DNA of 64,000 nucleotides, from NCBI RefSeq assembly GCF_030028105.1, contig NC_092384.1:3949665-4013664 (forward strand), written 5' to 3'. The number at the start of each line of letters is the position of its first letter. Position 1 is the first letter of the stretch. Under the pieces are notes generated by a model. The model worked only from the letters and a program-made list of their open reading frames with translations, was not told the DNA's origin and ran no database searches. The position numbers were made by a program, and so were the translations under genes. The DNA comes from Mobula birostris. Its lineage: Eukaryota. This document shows positions 26,160-39,949 of the stretch, piece by piece.

Positions 26160-27085
26160 TGTAAGCTCTTTTGGTCACCTTATCTAAGAAAGGATATGCT
26201 GCTATTAGAAAGGGTCTAGAGGAACTTCACGAGAATGATCGCAAGACTGTAAGGGTTAATGTATGAGTTACGATTAATGACTCTAGACCTGTACTCGCCA
26301 GAATTTAGAAGAATGAGGGACTGTCTCATTTAAGTCAATCGAATATTGAAAGGCCTTGATAGAATATTTCCTGTTGTGGAGTGTCTGTGATCAGGGGACA
26401 CAATCAGAATAGAAGGGTCTACCTTTAGAATAGAGATGAGGAGGAGTTTCTATAGCCAAGAGGCGTCACTAGGTTCGGATATTGCCCAAGTGCAGAGTGA
26501 CAGTCTCTAAGGCGGGTCGATAGTTCACAGACTTAAATGCGAACAGTATTACAGGGAGAAGAAAACAATAAACACTAGGTCAAACAGGGCCGTTAACTAA
26601 AACTTTCAAATGGAAAACGAAGCCTACACTACGGCTGAAAAGAACAACTAAATATTAAACGAATAGCGGTAGTCTTCAGAATCAGTTAACTTGACAGTCC
26701 AATTTCTCAGGCAAGGTCCAATGCAAACAGGCAGCGAAGTCTTGCTATCCTGTGCCCAAGTCTCGACATACACTACGACGACAAGTATGGCATTAAATAC
26801 TGTCACAATGAAATAATAAGCTGCCCCATGCATATTCATATGAGCCTTATCGACTGCGTGGTTGTGACGGGGAGGGGATGGTGCTTCTTTGGCTTTGATT
26901 GACACAGACAGCAGTGGAGGCGAAGGCATTGGTTACATTTAAAATGGAGATTGATAGATTTTGGATTAATAAGGGTATCAAAGGTCACGGAAACTGGAAA
27001 ATGTGCTTGAGAAGCATATCAAATCAGCCATGATGGAACGATGAAGCAGACACGATCAGCCATTTGGCTAATTCTCCTCTTATGG
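26160..27085 (+). mobile_element. Old CR1 3' end interrupted by a solo-LTR-like insert
   Basis: CR1 3' sequence (gatgaggaggagtttctatagcc...gcagtggagg) is split at 26464-26869. Confidence 0.65.
26464..26869. mobile_element. Solo-LTR-like insertion (406 bp)
   Basis: Perfect 6-bp inverted termini CGTCAC...GTGACG (variant of TGTCAC...GTGACA); splits a CR1; TSD imperfect. Confidence 0.5.
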
Positions 27086-27689
27086 TGTTATATCTCTTCT
27101 CTATTTGCCTTAGACTTAGATTATTATTTTCATGAAACAAAAGCATACAATTATTCTTGGTAATGTTTTCTGCTCTCCTGATTTACAGGTTAATGGGATA
27201 GAAGAAATGCAAGAGAGAAAAATGCACTTTAGAGAGAAATCAGGGTAACTAAAAGAGAGCATGAGGTTGCCCTGACAGACATGGTGAACTACAATCACAG
27301 GATTTGCATTATTAACAGCAAAACGACAGCAAGGATCAAAATAATTCCCTTTGTAAATAAGCGAGATTGTCATGGAGCAGAAGGACACGGTCAAGATCTT
27401 ATATTATTTTGGTGTCTGATTTTACTCAGGAGCCAAACACAGAGACTACAGAATGGAGCCAAAATTTATCTAGCCAGCCCCAAGTGATTATATAGCTATA
27501 TTAATAGCTGAAGGATAGCAAGGACCTAAGATATCCTTCTTGTAGATCAGCGACGTCATCACAGAGCAGAAAGAGATAGGAGTGATCTTATATTATTTTG
27601 GTGTCTGAATTTACTCAGAGACAACAAACACAGAACTGAGTCAAAAGAGTTGTCTGTGCACGGATGCTAGCCGGATAATATAAGAGAAG

Positions 27690-28245
27690 TACTTGCTGTC
27701 TTGCGGCGAATTAGGATTGATAAATTTCCAGGCCTGGCAATGTGTCCCATCTGACTTTGTGGGAGCCTCGTGCAGAAAAGTTGGTAACCCCAAAAAATAT
27801 ACTTAAACTGCTCTTATCTATGGTTCACTTGCCAGAGATCTGGACCTGCATTCTGGCTGGTTGTGTCACCATCTGGAATGGGGGAGAGGGCTGTTGCACA
27901 GGGCCGAAAGAAGTTGCAGAGGGTTTTAAATTTAGACAACTCTATCTTGGGTAGTAGCCTACAAAATACCCAGGATATCTTCAGGGAGCAGTGTCTCAGA
28001 AAGACAGCGTTCATTATTAAGGCCCTTCAGCACCCAGGGCATGCGCTTTTCAAACTGTTACCATCAAGTAGGAGGTACAGAAGGCAAGAGGAACACATTT
28101 AGCGTTTCAGGAACAACTTCTTCCCCTCTGGCATTCGGTTCCTAAATGGATATTGAACGCTCAAACTCTACTTTTATAATATATAGTATTTCTGGTTTTT
28201 TGAGCGATTTAAATCTATTAAATATAAATATACTGTAACTGATAT
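27690..28245 (+). mobile_element. Rex1/Babar-like LINE 3' fragment
   Basis: KLQRVLNLDNSILG...HPGHALFKLLPSSRRYR. Confidence 0.7.
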
Positions 28246-28249
28246 ACTT

Positions 28250-29275
28250 ATTTATGTTCCACTAGGATTAGGGTTCCCCTGGTTCACACCTACCACCCCA
28301 CCAGCCTCCAGGTCCAACATATTATTCTCTGTAACTTCCGCCACCTCCAACGGGATCCCACCACTAAGCACATCTTTCCCTCCCCTCTCTCTCTGCTTTC
28401 CGCAGGGATTGCTGCCTACGCGACTCCCTTGTCCATTCGTTCCCCCCCTCCCCATTCCTCCCCACTGATCTCCCTCCTGGCACTTATCCGTGTAAGCAGA
28501 ACAAGTGCTACACATGCCCTTACACTTTCTCCCTTACCACCATTCAGGGCCCCAGACAGTCCTTCCAGGTGAGGCGACACTTCACCTGTGAGTCGGCTAG
28601 GGTGATATACTGCGTCCGGTGCGCCCGATGTGGCCTTTATATATTGGCGACACCCGACGCAGACTGGGAGATCATTTTGCTGATCACCTACGCTCTGTCC
28701 GCCAGAGAAAGCAGGATCTTCCAGTGGGCACACATTTTAATTCCACATCCCATTCCCATTCTGACATGTCTATCCACGGACTCTTCTACTGTAAAGATGA
28801 AGCCACACTCAGGCTGGAGGAACAACACTTTATATTCCGTCTGGTTAGCCTCCAACCTAATGGCATGAACATCGACTTCTCTAACTTTTGTTAAAGCCCC
28901 ACCTCCCCCTCGTACCCCATTGGTTATTTATTTATATACACACATTCTTTCTCTCACTCTCCCTTTTCTCCCTCTGTCTATACCCCTTGCCCATCCTTTG
29001 GGTCCCCCCCCTACCTTTTCCTTCTCCCTAGGCCTCATGTACCATGATCCTCATATATCCCTTTTGCCAATCGCCTGTCCAACTCTTGACTCCATCCCTC
29101 CCCCTCCTGTCTTCTCCTATCATTTTGGATCTCCCCGTCCCCCTCCCACTTTCAAATCTCTTACTAACTCTTCCTTCAGTTAGTACTGACAAAGCGTCTC
29201 GGCCTGAAATGTCCACTGTACCTCTTCCTAGAGATGTTGCCTGGCCTGCTGCGTTCACCAGCAACTTTGATGTGA
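28250..29275 (+). mobile_element. Penelope-like element, 5'-truncated (GIY-YIG endonuclease + tail)
   Basis: LYIGDTRRRLGDHFADHLRSV...THFNS...LEEQHFIFRL; tail with a decayed hammerhead at about 29180-29217. Confidence 0.9.
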
Positions 29276-29455
29276 GTTACTTATTTATGTGTTATTATTA
29301 TTTTATTTGTTTTTTAATCTGTATTATGTATTGCTTTGTAGGGCTACCTCTAAGGTAACAAATTTCACGTCACATGCCGGTGATAATGAGCCAGATTCTG
29401 GACCTGAAGTTACTGAGATGGTTAAAACATTGGCTGATTGGTAGTAGGCAGCTAG

Positions 29456-32400
29456 TGTCAGGGCGCTGGAGCAGTGATCCAATCGCAAACCCAGTACTGT
29501 GCACCCGGTGATATTATTTGAGTAACAAAACCCGAAGTGCTAATGAAATCGGCGTCAAAGTTCAGGCAGAAATTAAAACAGCCAGAGAAATCCAAAAACC
29601 AGAATCAAGCAACAGACAGTGTCGATATTCAGACAGACAGAGTAGAGATACGCATGCTGGAAAGACTCAGAAAAATTCACAGGCACAATCTGGCAACATG
29701 CAAGTACAAATACACTGAGCAATAAACAGAGAGGTACATGATAGGTGGAGCACTATGTGGCAGAAGTGTCAGCAAAACAGGTAATAATGAGAAACAGGTG
29801 AGAGGTGGAGTACTCAGTAATACAGGGCCCAGGGTAGAGAAAGAGCGGGGACAGGAGCACTTGGGGAATGATAACCAACCAGAGCACATGGCAATACAAA
29901 ACCACAGACTATCGGCAAGGTGAAAAACACGCAAAAAGACAAAGTTCAACTGGAGGTACTGACAATAACCACCCCCCTCACCCCCTCCACAGGCAGCTTC
30001 TGGCATCACGGCAGGTAGAGCTGGTTGCTGGCGATGTCAGTCCCTGTTGAGAGAGGGGTCTAGGATGTTACGGGCGGGGATCTAGCACCTCTCCTCAAGA
30101 CCGTAGCCCTCCTAGTCCACAAGGTGCTAGAGGCCACGGCCCCGGCGACGAACATCCAGCAGTCGATGCATCGTGAAGGCCTCTGACCCATCGATGATCC
30201 GTGGGGGAGGGGAGAGTTTAGAGACAGGACACAGGGGTGGCTCATGAAAGTCTTGATGCGGGACACATAGAAGGTGGGATGAATGTGGCGGAGAGTGGAG
30301 GGGAGCTTGAGGCTGGCAGCAGAGATTGGAGGGGAGCTTGAGACGGGCGGCGGGGAGTGGAGGGGAGCTTCAGACGGGCGGTGGAGAGTGGAGGGAAGCT
30401 TGAGACGGGCGGCGGGGAGTGGAGGGGAGCTTCAGACGGGCGGCGGAGAGTGGAGGGGAGCTTGAGACGGGTGACAGCAGGGCTGATGACTTTCGCAATG
30501 GGAAAGTGGCCAATGAAGCAGGGGGTCAAGCTTGCAGGAATCTACCTTTAGGGGCAGGTCTCAGTTTGAAAGCCGCACACGCAATCCCTGGCGATAACGT
30601 GGGGCCTTGGAGCGATGGTGGTCAGCTTAAAGCTTGATCCTAGCAGAGGCACAGAGAAGGGCAGACCGAGTGTGCCTCCACGTCCGCTGACAACCGAGGA
30701 TGAATGCCTCTGCAGATGGAACGCCAGCCTCCTCCTCCTGGGCAGGAAACAGTGGAGGTTGGTAGCCAAGACCCCACTGGAAGTGGGACAGACGGGTATC
30801 GGATGAGAATATATGGCTGCTGTCACCACGCAGGGGGGTTCTGGGAGACCAGACACCGCAATACGGTCTCTAGCTGTTGGTTGGCCCGCTCGGTCTGCCC
30901 ATTGGTCTGTGGGTGGAATCCTGAAGACAGACTCAGAGGCGCCCAGAAGATTACAGAATGCCCTTCAGAAGTTGGCTGTGAATTGAGACCCCCCCCGTCT
31001 GACACAACATCTACAGGTAAACCATGCAATTTAAAAACATGCAGTACTAGTAATTTGGTTGTTTCTTTGGCTGAGGGGAGTTTAGATAAAGGAATGATGT
31101 GTACAGACTTGGAGAAACGATCAACTACTGTGAGAATGGTGGTGTTACCATCTGATGGGGGAAGACTGGTGACAAAATCCAAGACAATGTGGGACGAGGG
31201 TCTCTCGGGGACGACAGGGGTTGTAACGGACCAGGAGGTGACCAGTTAGAGTTCTTGCCTTGAGCACAGACCGAGCAGGCTGAGACGAAGTTGCGGATGT
31301 CATCTCCCATGGAGGGCCACCAGAACCGCCGACTGATGAAGACCTGAGTACGCTTGGTTCCAGGGTGACAGGATAACCGGGAAGAATGACCCCACTGCAA
31401 TACCTGTGAGCGGGCAGAGCTGGGAACATAATCACGGTTAGTGGGGCATTGACAAGGGGCTGCCTCGCTCTGTGAGCAGCTCGCACAATGGATTCAATGT
31501 CCCATTGTGCTGCACCCACGATACAGTGAGCAGGGAGGATGACATCGGGGACCTCAGGGGTCTCAGAGGAAGGAAATCTTCTGGAACGGGCATCAGGTTT
31601 TCCATTCTTGGAACCAGGGTGGAAGGACAGAGTAAAATTGAGTCTTGAGAAAAATAGGGACCAATGAACTTGACGGGAGTTGAGACGCTTGGCGGTACGA
31701 ATATATTCCAGATTCTTGGGATCAGTCCGGACCAAGAATGACACTTTGGGTCCGTCCAGCCAATGCCTGCACTCCTCCAGAGCTAGCTTCACAGCCAGCA
31801 GCTCCCGGTTTCTGACATCGTAATTCCGCTCCGTGGGAGTGAGGCAGTGAGAGAAGGCGGCGCAGGGATGTACCTTCTGATCCTTGGCCGAGCGCCGAGA
31901 GAGAACAGATCCTACGGCAATGTCAGACACATCCACCTCCACAATGAACTGCCCGTCGGTGTCAGGTTGAATTAGGGTGGTGACAGAGGTGACGCTTTCC
32001 TTCAGGTCAGGGAATGCTTTTTTCAGCAGCAGGAGACCTGCAGGAGTATCTGACAGCCGATGAGGCAAGAGCAGTGAGTGGTGCAGCCAGTGTACTGTAA
32101 TTTCTGATGAAGCGGCGATAGAAGTTAGAAAAGCCCAAGAAGCGTTGCGACTCCCAATGCGTCAAGGGTTGGGACCATTCGACCACCGTCTTGACCTTCT
32201 GTTGGTCCATCTGAATGGAACCGCCTGAAATTACATACCCCAGGAGGAAAACGGTATTGTGATGAAACTCACATTTCTCAGCCTTCACAAAGAGCTGGTT
32301 CTCCAGAAGGTGCTGGAGAACATTGCGGACGTGCCCTGTGTGTTCAGCAAGTGACTTAGAGAAAATCAAAGTATCATCGAGATACAAAAAAGCAAATTGC

Positions 32401-34990
32401 TTCAGCATGTCCCTGAGAACATCATTTACCAGGCCTTGGAAGACGCTGGGGGCACTGGTGAGACCGAATGTCTTGACCAGTTACTCGTAATGGTTTGAGG
32501 TGGCGTTGAAGTCAGTCTTCCACTCGTCCCCTTTGCGGATGCGGATAAGATGGTAGGCGTTACGGAGATCAAGCTTGGCGAAAACTGAGGCTCCTTGCAG
32601 TAGTTCAAATGCCGACGTCGTGAGCAGAAGATAGTAACGGTTCTTAACAATGACTTCATTCAGTCCCCGGTAATCAATGCACGGACGTTTAAGGAGCAGT
32701 CCTTCTTTTCAACGAATAAAAAAAACGGCATCAGCAGGGGAGGAAGACGGCCGGATGATGCCTGTAGCTAAAGGCTCATGAATGTACTTACTCGTGGCTT
32801 CTGTTTCGGGTACGAACAGGGAATACAGGCGGAGATGTGCCAGGCAAGAGGTCAATGGCGCAGTCATATGGACGACAATGTACTCAGGAGGGATGGCGCT
32901 AAGGTACGGAAATTCCTCAGGGGAATCTTGCCTTGGTGGAGGCAGTGGAAGTGACAGAATGGGCTCCAGCCTACAATCAGTAGATTGAGCCAGTCAATGT
33001 GGGGGTTGTGTTTAACTAACTAGGGATGGCCCAGGACAATGGGAGCTTGAGGAGAGCCAATAACATAAAGGGTTAACGGTTGATAACGGTTGCCGGATAA
33101 ACTGAGACTCACGAAGGTCATGACATGGGTGACGTTAACCAGTCTCTGACCGTTCAAGACGTTGGCCACCAATGGTGACTGGAGAGCAGACGTGGGATTC
33201 GCTATTGGGCAGCCTAGCAAGAATCGATAAAACGCCCCTCTGCACCAGAATCGACTAAGACGGAGACCGCTCGGCGTTGGACGCCCCACTGCCGATAAGC
33301 AGGTATGAGAGTGAGTGGCGTCCAGGAGGGCCGGACAAGGATCACGTTCATCAGTACTCCTCGTCCTACTGGTGAGGGCTTGGCTTTTCCTGGTCAGGTG
33401 AAGATGAAGTGGCCTGGTTGTCCGCAGTACAGACAGGAATGGGTGCTGATTCTCCTTTGTCTTTCAATCGGCGTCAGCCGGGTACGGTTAACCTTCATAG
33501 CTTCGGACTCTGGAACGGGAATTGTAGATGGGGGCAAACGGCACGGCACTGTAGACTGATGAGGAGCTTGAAGCTCACTTAATGCCCCTAGGGAAGCTTT
33601 GGAACCCCTCCCACTGCGGCATCAATACGGATGGCCAAATCCACCAGGGCTTCAAAGGTGGCAGGAAGGTCCTGGGTAACCACTTCACCTTTGATGTCTT
33701 CGGTGAGGCCATTCAGGAAGGTGTTGTACTTTGCCTCCGAGTTTAAGCCGCTGGAGGTGCCTAGGGTCTGGAACTCTATGGCGTAATCTGACACAGATAG
33801 CGCCCCTGGTGCATGTGCAGCCTTTCACGGGCAGCCTCTGTCCCATGTTTGGAGCGATCAAACACTTTTCTCAACTCTTCAGAAAATAACTGAAAACTAC
33901 TGCAGAAAGGTGAGTCTTCCTCCCAGAGAGCTGTTCCCCATTCTCTCACCCGACCGGACAGTTGGGTGATGACGTAAGCCACCTTGGCTCCATCAGTCAG
34001 AAGGGCTGTAGGTTGTAATTCAAAGATGAGGATGCACCGGGAAAGAAAAGTGCGGCAGAGTTCACCTGAGTGCTTTTCTGGAGGAGGCAGACGGGGTTCT
34101 AGGACGGGAGGAGTCAGCGAGAATGCGAAGGGCGAAGCGGAAGATGCAGCCACAGAACGTCAACGGGCGCTCTGAAACAGCTGGAGTGAATGAGTCTGGG
34201 CCAAAAGATCGGCTATATTCGCAGAAAGCGACTCTACTGCCCTGAACACGGAGTCCAGCTGGTTCTGGTATCTCGCCAGCTTCACTTCCTGCTGTTCCAG
34301 GGCAACTCTCAGACGACCGGCGTCTGCTGGATCTTTTCTGGCCAGATTGTACTGTCGGGGCACTGGATCAGGAATCCAATCGCAGACCCAGTACTGTGCA
34401 CACGGTGATATTAATTGAGTAATAAATCCCGAGGTGCAAACAAAGTCAGCGTCAAAGTTCAGACAGAGATCAAAACAGCCAGAGAAATCCAAAAACCAGA
34501 ATCGGGAAACAGGCAGAGTCGATATTCACAAGGACAGAGTACAATTCTGCGGTGCAAATAAAGTCAGCGTCAAACTTCAGGCAGACATCAAAACATCCAG
34601 CGAAATCCACACCAGGATCGAGAAACAGGCAGAGTCGATATTCAGACAGACAGAGTAGAGATATGAATGCTGGAAAGTCTCGGGAAATTCCACTGGCACA
34701 ATCTGGCAACAAACTATTGAAAACACAGGACTTGAATACATTGAGCAATAAACAGAGAGGCGGATGATAGGTGGAGCACTATGAGACAGAAGTGGCATCA
34801 AAACAGGTAATAATGAGAAACAGGTGAGAGGCGGAGTACTCAGTTATACAGGGGCCGGAGTAGAGCAGGGGTGGGGACAGGAGCACATGTGGCATGAGAA
34901 CAAACAAGAGCACATGGCAATACAAAATCACACAGTGACAGCTAGGGGTAAAACACACAAAAAGACAAAGTTCAACTGGAGGTACTGACA
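29456..34990 (-). mobile_element. sushi-like chromoviral Ty3/Gypsy retrotransposon, full length, defective
   Basis: LTRs 29456-29964 and 34353-34990 with TG...CA ends; 5-bp TSD GCTAG; PPT after 29964; gag EPRLPPPEKHSG...WGTALW; [12 protein letters not shown]; RNase H NYDVRNRELLAVKLALE; integrase MDFVTSLP...[13 protein letters not shown]; chromodomain-like RLLDVRRRGRGL near 30100-30180. Confidence 0.93.
30287..30471. repeat. 31-bp G-rich tandem repeat x6 inside the Gypsy integrase C-terminus
   Basis: Unit GGCGGAGAGTGGAGGGGAGCTTGAGACGGGC read directly. Confidence 0.92.
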
Positions 34991-34995
34991 GCTAG

Positions 34996-36045
34996 AGAGA
35001 ATTTTCTGGTTGGTTGCTAGTGAATAGTGTTGTTCCGCAGGGGCTGATGCTGTGTCCTCTGCTTTTTATGCTGTTTATCAATGACTTAGATGACAGAGTA
35101 GATGGCTTTGTTGCCAAGTTTGCAGATGATATGAAGATTGGTGGAGGGGCAGGTAGTGTTGAGGAAACAGGTAGGCTGAAGAAGGACTTAGACAGATTAG
35201 GAGAATGAGCAAGAACGTGGCAAATTAAATACAATGTTGGAAAATGCATGCACTTTGGTAGAATAAATACATGTACAGACTATTTTCTAAACAGGGTGAA
35301 AATCCAAAAATCTGAGATGCCAAGGGATTTGAGAATCCTTGTGCAGAATACTCTAACGGCTATCTTGCAGGCTGCGTCGGTGCTGAGGAAGACAACTGCA
35401 ATGTTAATATTCATTACAAGAGGTCTAGAATACAAGGACAGGGATGTGATTGCGAGGCTTTATAAGGCACTGGTGAGGTCTCACCTTGAAATTGTGAACA
35501 ATGTTGAGCTCCTTATCGAAGAAAAGATGTGCTGGCATTAGAGGTGGTTCAGAGGATGTCCACAAGGCTGATTCAGGTACTGAGACGGATACCATACAAG
35601 GAAAGTTTGATGGCTCTGAGTCTGTACTCGTTGGAAGTAGAACAGATTGGAGCGGAGGAGATTCATCTTGAAACCGTTCGAATGTTGAAAGGCCTAGACA
35701 GAGAACATAAGGAACAACCGTTTCCCATGGCGAGGGTCTCTAGGACAAGGGGACACAGGCTCAAGATAGAGGGGCGTCAATTTAAAACAGAGATGCGGCG
35801 AAATTTCTTTAGCCAGATGGTGGTGAATTTGTGGAATTTCTCACCATGGCAGATGTGGAGCCCAGGTCGTTGGGTATCTTTAAGGCAGAGATTGATTGGT
35901 TCTTGATAGAACACGGCATCAAATGTTACAGATAAAAGCCGGGGAGTGGGATTGAGGAGAGAAAAAAAACGATCTGCCATGACTGAATGCGGAGCAGACT
36001 CGATTAGCCAAATAGCCTAATTCTGCCCCTATGTCTTACGGTCTT
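34996..36045 (+). mobile_element. CR1 3' fragment (host of the sushi-like insertion)
   Basis: VPQGLMLCPLLFMLFINDLD...KFADD; continues from 29405-29455 across the TSD. Confidence 0.85.
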
Positions 36046-36069
36046 ATTCATTCAGCGACCCGCTGAACT

Positions 36070-37920
36070 TATGGTCCCTCTGTGCAGTACCCTAAAATGC
36101 AATATCCCTAATCAGGTGCTTGACTGGTCAGTGAGCATGACCAGAATATTCGATTATACCAAAGGAGAACTTACCCACGCGGCTGTCCTGCTGCACCCGC
36201 TCGCCAAGATACTTATAGGTCGGAGGCATGTGGCAGCTGCTCGCCTTCTTCAGCAGCCAGATCTGACCCACCGAAAAAAAAGTTCAACATGTTTGACCGT
36301 GCGCTTCTCAATCTCCTATCTTGTAGTTTCCCATTTTCGTTTCTAGAGGGTCGCAATTTGACAAAGTTCGTTGACCATAAACCCCTCTTGCCCAAGATGG
36401 CCAAAGTATTGCATTTCTGGTCTACGCGGCAGCAACCCCACCTACCATCCATATCCGAGTTCACAACTGATAAACAAAATATCAAAGGGAAAAATAATGC
36501 CGTTGCTGATTGCCTCTGGCATTCAGCCGTTGAAGCCATAGCAATAGGAGCCGACTATGCCGGCATGCAGCCGACCATGCTACTGACCCAGCGGTCCAGC
36601 CTTACTGAACAGCAGTCAGGGGCTTGTGTTTGGCCGACACTAACTTGTGCGAAGCTGGAGTTGCTCTCCTGTGCGATGTCTCAACAGGTTGCCCTCGCCC
36701 CATAGTGCCCACAAGCTGGAGGCGGACTGATTTTAACTTCATACATGGCCTCTCACTGTGTGTGGCCCAGACTTAGACAGGACGTGTGTGATGTGATTAT
36801 GGTGCAGCCTGTGTGGTACGGCAGTCAAAGCGTAAGTGCCACTGGCTCCTTTTCAGGTCCCTGACCGTGTCCATGTCTACCTTGTTGATTGGTTTCCTCC
36901 TTTCCACGGTTTCACGCATATCGTTACCATGGTAGACCGTACCACCGGATGGCTAGAGGTCGTCACTCTAACATCAACGATGGCTGCAGATGTGGCTCGG
37001 GAGTTCATGAGCACCTAGGTACTCGGTTTGGCACTCTACCTAATATTTCCTCTGACGTCGGTGCCCAATTTATATCAGATATCTGGGCTGCAATGGCCCA
37101 GAATCTCGGCGTTAGGGTATATCACACCACGGCAGTTCAATTGCCTTTTCGAGCGGTCTCACACTCGTTAATAGCTGATATGACGGTTTTCCATATAGAT
37201 GTGTCCGCATAATCGCCTCCGCGTCTGAATATGTGTCCGTGTCTGAATACGGGTCGCCGTTACGACTGGCAGCTAATGGCATTCCTGACACCTCCCCCGC
37301 CTGGTCGGCCTGTCAACAATGTTCCACCCTCCACAGTAAACTGAATTGCTGTACACCTATTTCTACTTCGCATCATGGCGTCCAGCACTAGATGATTCCT
37401 GTTGTCCTACATTCCGCCTCCTTTGTTTTCGTCCGCCATGATGCACAGCAATATCCCCTTGGTACCCTTTACGATGGGCCGTTCCGCGTTCTTGAATGGA
37501 GATAAAAGACTTTTGTTATAGCTAAGGGGCGTGAACCTGAATGTGTTTCGGTATATCGCCGTAAACCGGCCCAACAAAATCTGTAGCATTCCGCTACCAT
37601 GCCCCTGCCGTCACGACATGACCACTAACGTGTCCACAAACCTCTGGACGAGCCGGAGCCACCTACCGATCCTCTTCCCAGTGAAAATAGGATCCGAGCC
37701 AAGTGGCTCGTCCCAGCTCCGGACTTCCTCACAGTGCCGGTTTTACTGAATTCTGGGGGGATGATGATGTTGTGTACAATAATGTAATTGATGGAAACCT
37801 ACATAATTCACAGCCACCGACACTGAGTGCACTGTAAGAGGCTGGTCTGACGTGAAGATAATAATTACGTAAAGGATTGTGACTGCGCTTTTGTGTCCAG
37901 TGTTTGGATTGCAATATGTC
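36070..37920 (+). mobile_element. Degenerate Gypsy pol remnant (RNase H-integrase) with PPT and short 3' LTR
   Basis: DHKPL...KGKNNAVAD, TMVDRTTGWLEV, ISSDVGAQFIS; PPT-like ctggggggga near 37753-37761. Confidence 0.75.
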
Positions 37921-38984
37921 ATTTATTACAGTTCTTCTTAAACATAATGTCGTTTTATTTGCGAAAATCTACAAAACCATAAATGCAGTAGTAATAATTG
38001 ATTAAAACGTTTTCATATTTGATTAGTTCGTTCCTGCATGAACTGCCATGCTCTACAAACCTGGGGATATATTGTTTTCTGTTCAGCATGTCTGACTTAG
38101 GTAGACGTCTTAGCCCAAGCCAATTTCAGAGTGACGTATGTAGGCTTTTGATCTCCTCCGGATAGCGTAAACTGAAAATTATTAGAATTCTGTTATTATA
38201 TTTCCATCAATAAAATGCATATCTTTTAAAACTAAATATCCGACAATATCTCAAAAAAAAATCATCATAGCAACACACAAAACGCCGATAACAATGAGAA
38301 GCCCGTTTTAATTCCGAACTTGCTTTTCCTTTCGTGAAACAACCAAAAAGCAAAACTGCTTTATCTGCTTCTACGGGTATCTCGTAATAATTGAAGATGG
38401 GTGATCGAGAATAACAAAGAAAATTTATTGATCACTTGGGTTATTTAAACATTTTACCCGATGCTTTATGAAGATGGTAGCTGTGCGCCTCAATATTTTT
38501 CTTAATTAGTTCCGAGACAAGTAAAACAGGAGTGATACACAGGGCAGTCATTTTTTTGTTTCACTTTCAGGCTGCATGCCAATTGTCCGTCAATTGTAAC
38601 CAGGAGAATTTCTTTCCATTTTTTTTTTCTGCGTTTATGTTTCAACTGTATACCACACTCCTATCTCTATCACCCCTGAAACATCTATGTCTCTTGTTCC
38701 TCCTTCTCCCAGCACTCAGGTCCTGAAGTATTTCACGCCTCTTTTTCAATCCCTGTTTCATCTTATGAGAATTACCTTCCCTAATTGAATAAATTTTATT
38801 TTCTTGCATTTTCCTGGCTTATTCGAAGATTGCTATAGGCTGTTTTTACAATATTATACTTTTCGGTTTTAAATCGAATTGCCGAGTAGAGTAATACCCT
38901 ATCAAACAAATTCAGCGTATTATGTCTACTGTACTCCTTTCAAGCTTGTGTATTTACACAGGCACCATGAGCGCACTACCTGTC

Positions 38985-39780
38985 AGAATCAGAATCAGGT
39001 TTCATATCGCCTGCATATGTCATGACATTTATTAACTTAGCCGCAGCAATAGAATGCATAGTAATAGACAGAAAGAAGGTATACTGCATAAAGAGTATAT
39101 ATCTTAAATATTTAAATTAAACAAGCGGTGTAAAAAAAGTAGAATTAAAAAAAGTAGTGATGTAGTGTTCATGGGTTCAATGTCCATTCAGAAATCGGGT
39201 GGCGGAAGAGAAGAACCTGTTGCTAAATCTTTTAGTGTGTGTCTTCAGGCGTCTGTACTCCCTTCCTGACAGTAACAATAAGAAGAGGGCATCTCCTGGG
39301 TGAGAAGGGACTTTAATAATGTATGCTCCTTTTTAATGTACCGAAACTTTAAGATGACCTGTGTACTACGGAGTCTAGTGCCCATGATGGAGCTGCCTAA
39401 TTTTACAACTCACTACAGGTTACTTCGATTCTGTGAAGTGCCCCCTCCCCCCCCCATACGAGGTGGTAATGCAGCCAGTTAGACTGCTGTCCACGGTATA
39501 TCTGTAAAAAATTACCAGTGTCCAGAATCAGTTCATTTATGTTACTGACAATGAGTGCAATTTTGTTGCTGCGACACCACATCTGGCATCTCTCGCTCCT
39601 GTGCGCCTTTTCGTCTTTTCGTCTCCATCTGATATTCAGTTACAATGGTTGTATCATCAGCAATTTATATATGTCATTTCAACTGTGCCTAGCCACACAG
39701 TCATGGATGTAGAATAGAATAGATCAGTGGGCTAAGTACACATCCCTGAGGTGCGTCTGTCACTCAGTCCCGTCAACCAT
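38985..39780 (-). mobile_element. Degenerate Rex1/L2-like LINE 3' end
   Basis: (CTGATT)n-type tail at 38985-39000 on the minus strand; decayed RT-end sequence. Confidence 0.55.
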
Positions 39781-39949
39781 TGTCGGTACAAATAATTTCG
39801 AAATTCGGATTTCTGTGATTACCTCTTTCTAATCAATAAAGCGTATTAGTAATACGGCTTTCATTCTTCATTATACGGTCTACACCCCTGACTGATCAGA
39901 AATTGATTTGACCTCTTATGTGCCAATATATGCATTATTTACAATCCCA

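Noticed and set aside
26648-26929. Minus-strand ORF with a TM-like stretch (AAYYFIVTVFNAILVVVVYV) as a third TM exon
   Set aside because: The hydrophobic part lies inside the solo-LTR-like insert (26464-26869) and its apparent acceptor is antisense CR1 sequence; no Ig exon lies nearby.
29028-29358. Recurrent Pro/Leu/Ser-rich ORFs (also 59978-60316, 60052-60267, 62888-63151)
   Set aside because: Translations of the non-coding pyrimidine-rich Penelope tail.
34931-34966. CACAGTG heptamers (also near 17653, 26101, 41316, 42252) as recombination signal sequences
   Set aside because: None has an ACAAAAACC-like nonamer at 12 or 23 bp, none flanks the V exon, and most lie in TEs.
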